Shown here: piece after piece, positions 45,100 to 54,082 of the stretch
Layout of the letters: each line of letters begins with the position of its first letter
Position numbering within the stretch: the stretch's first letter is position 1
DNA from: an uncultured Gammaproteobacteria bacterium
Lineage (GTDB): Bacteria; Pseudomonadota; Gammaproteobacteria; Steroidobacterales; Woeseiaceae
DNA length: 64,000 nt
Assembly: GCA_963850825.1 (NCBI GenBank)
Contig: CAWKOQ010000015.1
Location: 406-64,405, forward strand
Direction: 5' to 3'
Position numbers and translations under genes: made by a program
Notes under the pieces: generated by a model
The model's database searches: none
What the model was told of the DNA's origin: nothing
What the model saw: the letters and a program-made list of their open reading frames with translations, nothing else

Positions 45100-47424
45100 T
45101 TATTCAAACGTATAGCTGAATTCAACGCCGTATGTTGCGGGGGGGCCAAACTGACTGACTTCTTCACCAAAGAACGGAATGACGTTGGTCCGATACAGTT
45201 CATCGCTGATGTTCTTACCCCAAACAGACGCCGACCATTGTGCATCCGCCGGTGCGTAGGTAACCCGGGCATCGAGCAGACCGTAAGAATCCTCAAAGTT
45301 CAGATTGGCCGGCTGCCACGGCAACTTGTCTTGCCACGCGTAGTTGATGAAGACGTTTACCGAATCCCCGATAGTCCAGTCAACGTTGGCGCCATACTGC
45401 GTTTCCGGCGTCCGTTGCAATGGGTTGCCAGAGCTAATAACACCGCTCGCTTCTCTGAATTCAACGTATTCCGTATCAAGGAACGTGGCGGACAAATTGA
45501 TCAGAACGTTCTCAGTTGCCGCGAACGTAAATTCTGTTTCAATACCACTGATTTCGGCATCAGACGCGTTTTCCGTCAGATTGCAGAGGCAGTCCTGGTT
45601 GGTTTGCTCAACCTGCAAATCCGTGTAATCCATCATAAATACCGCCGCGTTGAGGCGAGCCCGACCACCGGCAAAATCACTCTTGACGCCTATCTCGTAG
45701 TTCGTCACTTCCTCTGGCCGCGTCGCGAAAGAAGCGGCAAATGCGTTGGGTGCCGTATCCTGAAAATAGCCGCCCTTGAATCCGGTGGAAATCGTTCCGT
45801 AGATGAACAGGTCGTCATTCGGCTGCCATTCCAACGTCGCTTGTGGCGTCGTTTTCTTCCAGGTATTGCCGTATGCCGTACTGTATTCCACGCTCAGCGG
45901 TGTCAATGGCGTAGTGTCCGCCGGATTGAAACGGTCACCCAATGCGACGGCTATGCCCTGCATATTCCCTTCTTTCTTGTCACTCGTCCAGCGCGCACCC
46001 ACGTTAAGCTTCAGGGTGTCAGTAAAGCGCCATCCGATCTGGCCGAACACACCGATGTTCGTGTTCTCACCGTTATTGATCCAATGGCTCTCACCGCTAA
46101 GCGTTGGCAGTGCACCGGAATTTCCTTCACCGACGAAGCGATCAAACTTATCGATATCATCTTTCTTGAAGAAGGCGCCGGCGATCCAGTCAATCCGTCC
46201 GTCCGAAGTTGACGTCAGGCGAATCTCTTGGCTGAAGGCGGAAATATCGGCATTTTCCCCAACGGGTTCAGAAAACAGGAAAGTGGCTGCGGTTGGGTCA
46301 AACGCCAGAAAATCGTCGAAGTCGACGCCGAACGTTTCGGTCTCATCCAGGACATCGGGTCCACCGCCTGTTTGGTCGTACAGGTTATTCGCACGTCCAG
46401 TGCGATAGCCGGTGATCAGGTTCAGGGTAAACGAATCATAGGCACCCTCCAGATTGAATGAAAGGCCGCCCGACTCGCGACTCAGAAACTGTTGGGTGGG
46501 CGATGAATCACCGGCAAAAACATTTTCTTCCGGGATGCTTACACGCGGATCGGTTATGCCAAGGAACGCTCGCAGCTGGCTCCAGGGACGTGGTCGAAAT
46601 CCGCCAGTTTGGCCGTCACTGATCGCGACAGAATTCAGGCCATCCATATGGTCTTTGCTGTAATCTACAACCAAGCGAGCATTCCACTTGCTATCCGCGG
46701 GCTGATAAAGCAACTGAGCACGAACCTGTTTGGACTCCCAATTGTCGATTTCGCGATCGTGCAAAGCATCGTAAGCGTAACCATCATGTCTGCGAGTCTG
46801 GAATGACAAACGACCCGCCCAGGCGTCGTTGAACCCACCGGTAACGTGCCCGGACATCAGTTGCGAATCGTAGTTGCCGAGAGCAACCGTAATCGCGCCG
46901 GAGTTTTCAAACTCGGGCTTGTTGGTAATGATGCTAAGCGCTCCACCAACAACACTTTTTCCAAGCAACACACCTTGCGGCCCGCGAATGACCTCAATAC
47001 GTTCGATATCGTAGTAGTCGGTATTCATGCCGCCGTTGCGGCCGATATAAATATCATCGACAAACGTGCCTACGGCGGACTCACCTGATGGCGAATCCAG
47101 TCGAGTGTTCGTTATACCGCGAATATTGACTTCAAGGTCGACTGGCGAACTGCCCTGCGTCAACGACAATCCCGGCGCTGACGATGCGAGATCGCTGACG
47201 GAAAAGATTCGATTACGCTCTAGGCTCTCGCCTGTAAATGCGGTCACAGCAACCGGTGCCGATTGCAAACCGACCTCTCGTTGTTGTGCTGTAACAACGA
47301 TTTCTTCCAGCTCCTGAGCGTGCAAGCCCGATGCGGCCATCAATAAAGTTACAGAAGAAATAATTACCGGTGGTGAAACGATGCGTCTGATAGAGACTTT
47401 CTCGGTAGCGCCCATAAGATCCAT
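45100..47424 (-). CDS. TonB-dependent outer-membrane receptor
   Basis: 774 aa with signal peptide, TonB-box/plug ELEEIVVTAQQRE and a long beta-barrel repeat pattern. Confidence 0.9.
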   Translation of the reverse strand: MDLMGATEKVSIRRIVSPPVIISSVTLLMAASGLHAQELEEIVVTAQQREVGLQSAPVAVTAFTGESLERNRIFSVSDLASSAPGLSLTQGSSPVDLEVNIRGITNTRLDSPSGESAVGTFVDDIYIGRNGGMNTDYYDIERIEVIRGPQGVLLGKSVVGGALSIITNKPEFENSGAITVALGNYDSQLMSGHVTGGFNDAWAGRLSFQTRRHDGYAYDALHDREIDNWESKQVRAQLLYQPADSKWNARLVVDYSKDHMDGLNSVAISDGQTGGFRPRPWSQLRAFLGITDPRVSIPEENVFAGDSSPTQQFLSRESGGLSFNLEGAYDSFTLNLITGYRTGRANNLYDQTGGGPDVLDETETFGVDFDDFLAFDPTAATFLFSEPVGENADISAFSQEIRLTSTSDGRIDWIAGAFFKKDDIDKFDRFVGEGNSGALPTLSGESHWINNGENTNIGVFGQIGWRFTDTLKLNVGARWTSDKKEGNMQGIAVALGDRFNPADTTPLTPLSVEYSTAYGNTWKKTTPQATLEWQPNDDLFIYGTISTGFKGGYFQDTAPNAFAASFATRPEEVTNYEIGVKSDFAGGRARLNAAVFMMDYTDLQVEQTNQDCLCNLTENASDAEISGIETEFTFAATENVLINLSATFLDTEYVEFREASGVISSGNPLQRTPETQYGANVDWTIGDSVNVFINYAWQDKLPWQPANLNFEDSYGLLDARVTYAPADAQWSASVWGKNISDELYRTNVIPFFGEEVSQFGPPATYGVEFSYTFE

Positions 47425-47579
47425 ACCCCCTGGTTAAGGCTGCCTGCTTCGCTCACTTCAACGCGTTCGCGAGGCATTTTGACAAAAGAGACGATTTGTC
47501 GCCGTGTCGCCAAATCTGGACAACATGGAATTCCGACAAAGCAGATTCTTAATGATCCCGACTACCGTCCCCAAAAATT

Positions 47580-47596
47580 ACTTGCGTAATTAGACT
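47580..47596 (+). promoter_or_regulatory. Operator-like 17-mer (16/17)
   Basis: ACTTGCGTAATTAGACT in the 306-bp divergent gap between TBDR start 47424 (-) and DUF1295 start 47731 (+). Confidence 0.7.
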
Positions 47597-47730
47597 CTCG
47601 AAGCCTATCCTTTCTTTCGCTCGCGCGCAATTGCCAGATTGGTGCCGCGAAATGAACACGCAGGTTCCGACGGAAATGCCACGAAAGGTACATTTTTCCC
47701 AAAGTTAACAGAGCTATCGACCGCGACAAT

Positions 47731-48540
47731 ATGGATTGGCCCGGACAACACGACGTAACGATTTTGCTGCTCAACCTGGCTATTATTATGGGATCTGTCC
47801 TGATTTTGTGGCTAATCAGCATCCCCCTCCGGGACGTCAGCATTATCGACATGTCCTTCGCCTTGATTTTGCTTGCCGTCACCTATTGCGGTTACCAGCT
47901 TGGGCCCGGTGTCGTCGCGCGCAAGCAGCTTATCCTGGTTTTGGTCACCCTATGGGCCGTCCGGATTACCTGGCACCTGGTGCGGCGAAATTGGGGGCAC
48001 GGCGAAGACGCCCGCTATTCCAAACTTCGATCTTGGGTCGACGACAATCGTGCCTTTGTCTGGCTGAGCCTGCGTAAGGTATTCTTACTGCAAGGTGCGG
48101 TCCTGTGGCTTGTCTCGCTACCGGTTCAGGTGGCAATGATTTATCGCTCGCCGCTCGAGCTCGGCTGGATTGCGTATACGGGCGGCCTCATCTGCGTTGC
48201 TGGAATTATTGTCGAGACCATCGCAGATGCACAACTGACCGGGTTTCGAGCGAATCCGGTGAACGCAGGTACAGTACTCAATACCGGACTTTGGCGCTAT
48301 TCACGACACCCAAACTATTTCGGCGAGCTGTGCGTTTGGTGGGGTCTGTTTGTCATTGCCTGCGAAAACGCTTTGGGCCTTATCACTATCATTGGACCGC
48401 TGGCCTACACTTACCTGATCGTCAATGTGACAGGGCAGCGCACACTGGATAAGAAATTGGCCCGTGAAAAGCCCGACTATGCGGCGTATATGCAGTCAAC
48501 CAATGGCCTGATTCCCGGACCGCCACGAGACAAACAATGA
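47731..48540 (+). CDS. DUF1295 / steroid-5-alpha-reductase-fold membrane protein
   Basis: GLWRYSRHPNYFGELCVWWGLF. 269 aa with multiple TM segments. Confidence 0.85.
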   Translation: MDWPGQHDVTILLLNLAIIMGSVLILWLISIPLRDVSIIDMSFALILLAVTYCGYQLGPGVVARKQLILVLVTLWAVRITWHLVRRNWGHGEDARYSKLRSWVDDNRAFVWLSLRKVFLLQGAVLWLVSLPVQVAMIYRSPLELGWIAYTGGLICVAGIIVETIADAQLTGFRANPVNAGTVLNTGLWRYSRHPNYFGELCVWWGLFVIACENALGLITIIGPLAYTYLIVNVTGQRTLDKKLAREKPDYAAYMQSTNGLIPGPPRDKQ

Positions 48541-50699
48541 CCGTCGACGTTCAAAAAGGAATTTGTCGATTTTGCCACGCGTTTTGTGCGATGGACGTGC
48601 ACATTGACGATGGCAAAGTCACGCACCTTATCGGCGACAAAAACAACCCTGTCTATCATGGCTACAGTTGCATCAAGGGTCGTAACTTTCACGAATGGCA
48701 TTACAGTGAATCGCGCATTACCGCACCGTTGAAGCGCAACGCGTCCGGTCAGTTTGAGACTATCGAGCTCGATAGTGCATTGGACGACGTTGCAGAAAAA
48801 CTGCGGTCGATAGTGGCGGCAAACGGTCCGCGTTCAGTAGCCATGTACTCTGGCACTTTTAGTCATTTTTGCGTCGCCGGCGTCATGACGCGTCATGCGT
48901 TCATGGATGCGATCGATTCACCCATGCGCTTTAGCAACGCCACGATCGATCAGCCGGGAAAACCTATTTCGATGGCGCTGCATGGACGCTGGGGTGCTGG
49001 TCCGCAGGCTTTCGCTGACTCCGATGTGTGCATGCTGGTTGGCGCGAATCCACTCGTATCGATGTGGGGTGGTATTCCTGCATTCAACCCTGCACGTCGC
49101 CTGCACCAGGCACGTAAGCACGGCATGAAGCTAATTGTTGTCGACCCGCGTCGCACGGAGTCTGCGGGTAAAGCCGACATTCATTTGCAATGCCTGCCGG
49201 GATTTGATGCCGAGATCATTGCCGCGATGATTCGCACCATCATTCACGAACAGCTCTATGACAAGTCATTCGTCGCTGCAGAAGCAGAGGGTCTGGACGA
49301 ACTCGCACGGCAGGTTGAGCCCTTCACACCCGCTATCGTCGCCAAGCTCGCTGGCATCAGTGACGACGACCTTATTGCCGCCGCCCGAATGTTTGCGACG
49401 GCCAAAGGTGGCAACGCAACCGGCGGAACCGGTTCGAATATGTCACCGAACGGCACGTTGCTCGAGTACCTTTTGTTATGCCTCAACACGCTTTGCGGTC
49501 GCTGGGTAAAAGCAGGTGAACCGGTTCGCAACCTTGGTGTCCTGTTTCGAATGTTCTCCGGAAACGCACGCGCAGAAAAACCCAGGGCCGGATTCGGATT
49601 TGGCGAAAAACTCCGGGTGCGTAACCTGCAAGATACCGCTGCTGGATTGCCGACGGCGGCGTTACCCGACGAAATTCTGACACCGGGCCCAAAACAGGTG
49701 AAGGCGCTGTTTGTCGTTGGTGGTAATCCACTAACCGCATTCCCGAACCGCGAAAAGGTCCAACGCGCGTTTGAGTCACTGGAGTTGCTGGTTGTTATCG
49801 ACCCGCAAATGTCGGCGACCGCGCAAATGGCCGACTACGTGTTCGGGCCGAAGTTCGGTTTCGAAATGCCTGCCATCTCCTTTGCCAATGAAGGCATGGT
49901 CACCTACGGTCTGTCCATCGGGTTTCAGGAGCCCTATGCGCAATATCAGCCTGCACTGGTTGACGTTGCGAAGGACTCGCAGCTTGTCGAAGATTGGCGA
50001 GTTTTCTACGAGATCGCACGACGCATGGAACTCCCGTTGAGTTATCGTGGCACACCCTATGATATGGAAACTGCCCCAACAACCGACGAACTTATTGCCG
50101 CATTTGTGCGCCGTAGCCCGGTGCCGCTGGATGAGATAAAGGCGCACCCGGGCGGTCATATTTTCGAACATCGTTCAGCGCCCGCGGTCCCAAAAGACGC
50201 CGACTGGCCACACCGACTGCAAATCGGCGACGTCGACATGATGGCGGAACTTGCTCGTCTTGCTGAAGTGCGGGATGGCGAGATCGAAGCAAAGAGTGAT
50301 CAGGCGATCGACCTACTGCTAGTGAGTCGTCGGGAACACGAGGTCTACAACTCCGTCGGCCATTTGTTGCCGGCGCTCAAAAAGAAACGGCCGTACAATC
50401 CGGTCCACATGAATCCGTCCGATGCTGGGCGGCTCAACATTGATCATGGCGACACTGTTGAAATTCGTAGCCCAAAAGGCAGTGCAGTCGGCATCGTACA
50501 CTTGGCAGACGACGTCAGGCCCGGCGTGGTTTCCGTGAGCCATGGGTTTCCAAACGCGAATGCATCAACGCAACAATCAACGTTCACAGGCACCAGTGTT
50601 TCAGCATTGATCGACGATGAGTGCCACTACGACCCATTTAGCGGCATGCCGCGTATGAGCGCGATTCCGGTTTCGGTCAGGCGCTCAAGCGGAGCGTAG
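48537..50699 (+). CDS. Molybdopterin (bis-MGD) oxidoreductase family protein, cytoplasmic, single subunit
   Basis: N-terminal C-x2-C-x3-C-x27-C (CRFCHAFCAMD...GYSCIKG). No Tat signal. ATGA overlap with the upstream DUF1295 gene. Confidence 0.85.
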   Translation: MTVDVQKGICRFCHAFCAMDVHIDDGKVTHLIGDKNNPVYHGYSCIKGRNFHEWHYSESRITAPLKRNASGQFETIELDSALDDVAEKLRSIVAANGPRSVAMYSGTFSHFCVAGVMTRHAFMDAIDSPMRFSNATIDQPGKPISMALHGRWGAGPQAFADSDVCMLVGANPLVSMWGGIPAFNPARRLHQARKHGMKLIVVDPRRTESAGKADIHLQCLPGFDAEIIAAMIRTIIHEQLYDKSFVAAEAEGLDELARQVEPFTPAIVAKLAGISDDDLIAAARMFATAKGGNATGGTGSNMSPNGTLLEYLLLCLNTLCGRWVKAGEPVRNLGVLFRMFSGNARAEKPRAGFGFGEKLRVRNLQDTAAGLPTAALPDEILTPGPKQVKALFVVGGNPLTAFPNREKVQRAFESLELLVVIDPQMSATAQMADYVFGPKFGFEMPAISFANEGMVTYGLSIGFQEPYAQYQPALVDVAKDSQLVEDWRVFYEIARRMELPLSYRGTPYDMETAPTTDELIAAFVRRSPVPLDEIKAHPGGHIFEHRSAPAVPKDADWPHRLQIGDVDMMAELARLAEVRDGEIEAKSDQAIDLLLVSRREHEVYNSVGHLLPALKKKRPYNPVHMNPSDAGRLNIDHGDTVEIRSPKGSAVGIVHLADDVRPGVVSVSHGFPNANASTQQSTFTGTSVSALIDDECHYDPFSGMPRMSAIPVSVRRSSGA

Positions 50700-51074
50700 C
50701 GGCTTGGTGTGACCGGCGTCCAGATACTCATCAAGCGAAACGATCTTGCCATCCTCAACCTTGATGATTGCGCACGCCGGCATCGCGAATGACTCACCGG
50801 ACTTCAGTGTTCCACGCAAGATATGCTGCTGAAAGTAGCCGCCGGGGATCAGATCCCGGCGTACTATGTGGTACTCGACATCCTTAAGCCTGGCGTGCAA
50901 CCACTCCAGTGTTTTGATGTTCTCCTCCACGCTTTGCAACTTCTGATCAAAGTTGTGCCAAAGCTTCGCGTCACTCGCGTAGATCGCCCTGACTGCGTCC
51001 ACATCGCAACGCTCCAACGCATCCATGAAACTATCTGCCAGCTGCAATACGGATTGTTCGACAGCCGGCATCAA
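50685..51074 (-). CDS. NTF2-fold (SnoaL/ketosteroid-isomerase-like) protein
   Basis: 129-aa alpha+beta-cone-type pattern (…AIIKVEDGKIVSLDEYLD). Confidence 0.65.
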   Translation of the reverse strand: MMPAVEQSVLQLADSFMDALERCDVDAVRAIYASDAKLWHNFDQKLQSVEENIKTLEWLHARLKDVEYHIVRRDLIPGGYFQQHILRGTLKSGESFAMPACAIIKVEDGKIVSLDEYLDAGHTKPLRSA

Positions 51075-51445
51075 GTCCCCTCTTTCACGTGATTCATTTC
51101 GAAATAGTCACGCCATTTGACGACCTTGTCGCCGTCAAATTCGAAAACTCCCATATAGGGATGCGCAATCCTCTCGTCGGTCCGCAGATCGGTGTATTCC
51201 TCGTACCCCTCCAGCAGCAGGCAGTTATCAACCTCTGCGTACCGGTCGATGCGCCAAACCACGTCCGCAGTGATGGAGTCATATTTATTCAGAAATTTCT
51301 GCACCCACTCTTTGCCGATTAACGGCCGTGATCCCATATGGTAGTGATACTCGATATCATCAGCTAGGTGGCGTAGGAAACCCTCATGGTCTTTTTCCAG
51401 GCTGGCTTTTCTTATTTGCTTGATGATCTGCATTTTATCGGTCAT
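51071..51445 (-). CDS. NTF2-fold (SnoaL / limonene-epoxide-hydrolase-like) protein
   Basis: 124 aa. …LLLEGYEEYTDLRTDERIAHPYMGVFEFDGDKVVKWRDYFE parallels 39010-39375. Confidence 0.7.
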   Translation of the reverse strand: MTDKMQIIKQIRKASLEKDHEGFLRHLADDIEYHYHMGSRPLIGKEWVQKFLNKYDSITADVVWRIDRYAEVDNCLLLEGYEEYTDLRTDERIAHPYMGVFEFDGDKVVKWRDYFEMNHVKEGT

Positions 51446-51467
51446 TTGGCTACCTCCCAGGTTGAAT

Positions 51468-52640
51468 TCAGAATTTCATTTGCCGCGCCGCAAGGTCGCT
51501 AAGGACTTCCTCAGTGCCCCCGCCCAGCGTGAATATTTGTGCCTCTCGATGGATTCTCTGTACGCGCCAGTTGCCGCGGTAGGCTTCACCAGCCAGTACA
51601 TGCATCGCTCCCTGCGCGCAACGCTCCAGAACGCCCGTCGCATGAATCTTCAACATACACAGATCGGCTATAGGCAGTTCCCCACTCTCAAATCGCCACA
51701 CACAATGATCAAGATAGGCGTACGCGGCGTGGACCTCCCGGACCATCGAAACCAAACGATGTCGAAGGCTCTGATGCTCGACAAGACGCTTGTTGAACGC
51801 CTTACGTTCCTGTGCCCACGCAATCGCGTCGGCGGTCGCCACGCGCGCCAACGCCAAGGTAGAGGCGACGCCGCTGAAGCGCTCAATATTGAATTGCTTC
51901 GTCAGGCCGCGAAAAGCCTGCCCTACCTCACCAATACGCATCGTCGCTGGTACCCGAACGTTGTCCAGCTCAATAGTGCCGTTGCTTGCGCTGTACCAGC
52001 TAAGGCCGGGCACGGGTGACATGGAAACGCCTGCGGCCGCTGCGTCGACAATGAACAAGGTCAATCCGCCCTTATCGTCGCCAGGTACTCTCGCAACGAC
52101 AAGCAACCAGTTGGCCCGCAGTGCCCCGGAGATCAAGGTCTTGGCACCGGAAAGTATATAGTCACTTCCATCCGGCGTGGCCTTCGTCGTGAAAGCCGAT
52201 ACATCAGATCCGCCACCCGGTTCCGTCACGGCAAATGCGATTCGCTGGCGTCCCGCGAGGATCGGTTTGACAACGGTTTCCCACAGTTCGGCGGCACCGT
52301 GGTCAACGACCGGCGGCAGACCAATCCAATGCGTTGCCAGGTCCGCGAACACCACACCAGAACCGAGGCGATGAAGTTCCTCCGCAAAAATTATGCGGTG
52401 ATAGAGGTCAACGTCCTTGCTCCAGCCGCCCAATTCCTGTGGAAAGCCGAAACCCAGCAATCCGCTCTTCGCCGCGTCTTCGTACAGCGAGTCGGGAAAC
52501 GTACCGGCATCACTCCAGGCCTCAATGTGGGGAGCGATGTGCTTGTCGACAAAATCACGCAGCGTCTGTCGCCAATGGTCGTGGTCGTCGCGCAATCCTG
52601 AGGTACGCGGGCGCAGACCGTCAAAATCATTTAACTCCAT
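51468..52640 (-). CDS. Acyl-CoA dehydrogenase
   Basis: FAVTEPGGGSDV and the C-terminal …GGGTEEVLSDLAARQ pattern. Start trimmed to 52640. Confidence 0.85.
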   Translation of the reverse strand: MELNDFDGLRPRTSGLRDDHDHWRQTLRDFVDKHIAPHIEAWSDAGTFPDSLYEDAAKSGLLGFGFPQELGGWSKDVDLYHRIIFAEELHRLGSGVVFADLATHWIGLPPVVDHGAAELWETVVKPILAGRQRIAFAVTEPGGGSDVSAFTTKATPDGSDYILSGAKTLISGALRANWLLVVARVPGDDKGGLTLFIVDAAAAGVSMSPVPGLSWYSASNGTIELDNVRVPATMRIGEVGQAFRGLTKQFNIERFSGVASTLALARVATADAIAWAQERKAFNKRLVEHQSLRHRLVSMVREVHAAYAYLDHCVWRFESGELPIADLCMLKIHATGVLERCAQGAMHVLAGEAYRGNWRVQRIHREAQIFTLGGGTEEVLSDLAARQMKF

Positions 52641-52652
52641 TCCGATTGACTC

Positions 52653-52669
52653 ACTTGCTTTACCAGACT
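52653..52669 (+). promoter_or_regulatory. Operator-like 17-mer (14/17)
   Basis: ACTTGCTTTACCAGACT preceded by TTGACTC. It is 12 nt from ACAD start 52640 (-) and 55 nt from ATG 52725 (+). Confidence 0.6.
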
Positions 52670-52724
52670 GATGCATGTTAACACAGTACCGAGCTTTCGG
52701 ATTCGGCGTGCCAACACGTCGACA

Positions 52725-53543
52725 ATGACAAGAAGAGAGAACGCAATGACAGGCGAATTCTTACGCGTGGCATCAATGAATGCCGGACTCGTACTAGCAA
52801 TGATGGTGGCACTTTGGGCGCTAAGTGTCGTCATTCGGGATTCAAGTATCGCCGACATATTCTGGGGTGTCGGATTCGTCGTCATCGTATGGTTCACCGC
52901 GACCGTTTCCGACGGCAGCGAAGAGCGCCGCAATCTTGTGACTGTCCTGACTGCCGTATGGGGCATCCGCTTAGCCGTTTATATAGGCTGGCGCAATTGG
53001 GGTGCAGAAGACCCGCGTTATGCGCGCTTTCGGCAACATGTCGAGTCGCAGGGCAAGAGTTACACGCTGCACAGCCTCATTCATATTTACTTGTTGCAAG
53101 GGCTGTTCATGTGGCTGGTTTCGCTGGTACTGATCTTCGCGATGACGATGGACACGCCGGCAGAACTCGGCTTGCTGGCCTACATCGGCATAGCGCTGTG
53201 GCTTGTCGGAATGGTCTTTGAGACGGTCGGCGACTGGCAATTGTCGAGATTTCTTGGCAATCCAGACAACGCCAAAAAGGTGATGGACAGAGGGCTGTGG
53301 CGATATACCCGTCACCCAAACTACTTTGGCGAAGCCTGCGTTTGGCTGGGTTTTTTCCTCATTGCAATCGAGAATACCTGGGGCCTGGTGACCGTCATCA
53401 GTCTGGCAACGATTTACTACGCTTTGCTCGGCCCAACCGGAAAAGGACTACTGGAACGACGCATGAGCAGGAAGCGTCCGGACTTCGAAGCGTACAAGCA
53501 ACGAACCAGCGCCTTTTTCCCACTACCCCCGAAATCCTCATGA
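52725..53543 (+). CDS. DUF1295 / steroid-5-alpha-reductase-fold membrane protein
   Basis: GLWRYTRHPNYFGEACVWLGFF. Start ambiguous (ATG 52725 or 52746). Confidence 0.8.
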   Translation: MTRRENAMTGEFLRVASMNAGLVLAMMVALWALSVVIRDSSIADIFWGVGFVVIVWFTATVSDGSEERRNLVTVLTAVWGIRLAVYIGWRNWGAEDPRYARFRQHVESQGKSYTLHSLIHIYLLQGLFMWLVSLVLIFAMTMDTPAELGLLAYIGIALWLVGMVFETVGDWQLSRFLGNPDNAKKVMDRGLWRYTRHPNYFGEACVWLGFFLIAIENTWGLVTVISLATIYYALLGPTGKGLLERRMSRKRPDFEAYKQRTSAFFPLPPKSS

Positions 53544-54076
53544 GCGAGATCATTATGACAGAGACCAAACAGCAACAACTCATGGCGAGAGTCGAAATCC
53601 TGGACGTGCTAGCCCGCTATGCCCGCGGCTGTGATCGAGGCGATGGCCAGTTGCTCAAGTCCTGCTATCACAATGACGCCATTGAGGAGCATGCAGGCAA
53701 CTTCACCGGCAATGCTCACGAGTATGTTGACGTCGCAATACCGCGCATCCTCAAAATGGATGCGATGCAGCACCTGCTCGGCAGTTCGCACATAGACTTC
53801 GAGGACGATGGCGCGCGGGTAGAGACCAACGTGTGGACGTTTCTACGAATAAGCGTTAACGGAGTGACTACTGATACGTTAACCGGCGGGCGCCTGTACG
53901 ACCGCTTCGAATTCCGTGACAATCACTGGAAAATTGCTCACCGCAGGACAATCCTTGACTGGAACCGCGACGCACCCAGTGTCGAAGGTTGGGTCAACGG
54001 ATTGATCAACTTCGATAATCCGGGTGCGCTACTCGGCAGCAAAGGCGAGAATGACCCGTCCTATGAACCGTTTTAG
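53540..54076 (+). CDS. NTF2-fold protein (SnoaL_4-like)
   Basis: MSEIIMTETKQQQLMARVEILDVLARYARGCDRGD... ATGA overlap with the upstream gene. Confidence 0.75.
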   Translation: MSEIIMTETKQQQLMARVEILDVLARYARGCDRGDGQLLKSCYHNDAIEEHAGNFTGNAHEYVDVAIPRILKMDAMQHLLGSSHIDFEDDGARVETNVWTFLRISVNGVTTDTLTGGRLYDRFEFRDNHWKIAHRRTILDWNRDAPSVEGWVNGLINFDNPGALLGSKGENDPSYEPF

Positions 54077-54082
54077 CCGCGT

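Noticed and set aside
47651-47707. An 18-codon mini-ORF (MNTQVPTEMPRKVHFSQS) between the operator and the DUF1295 gene, as a possible leader peptide.
   Set aside because: I see no attenuator-like alternative structures and no conservation evidence. An ORF this short is expected by chance.
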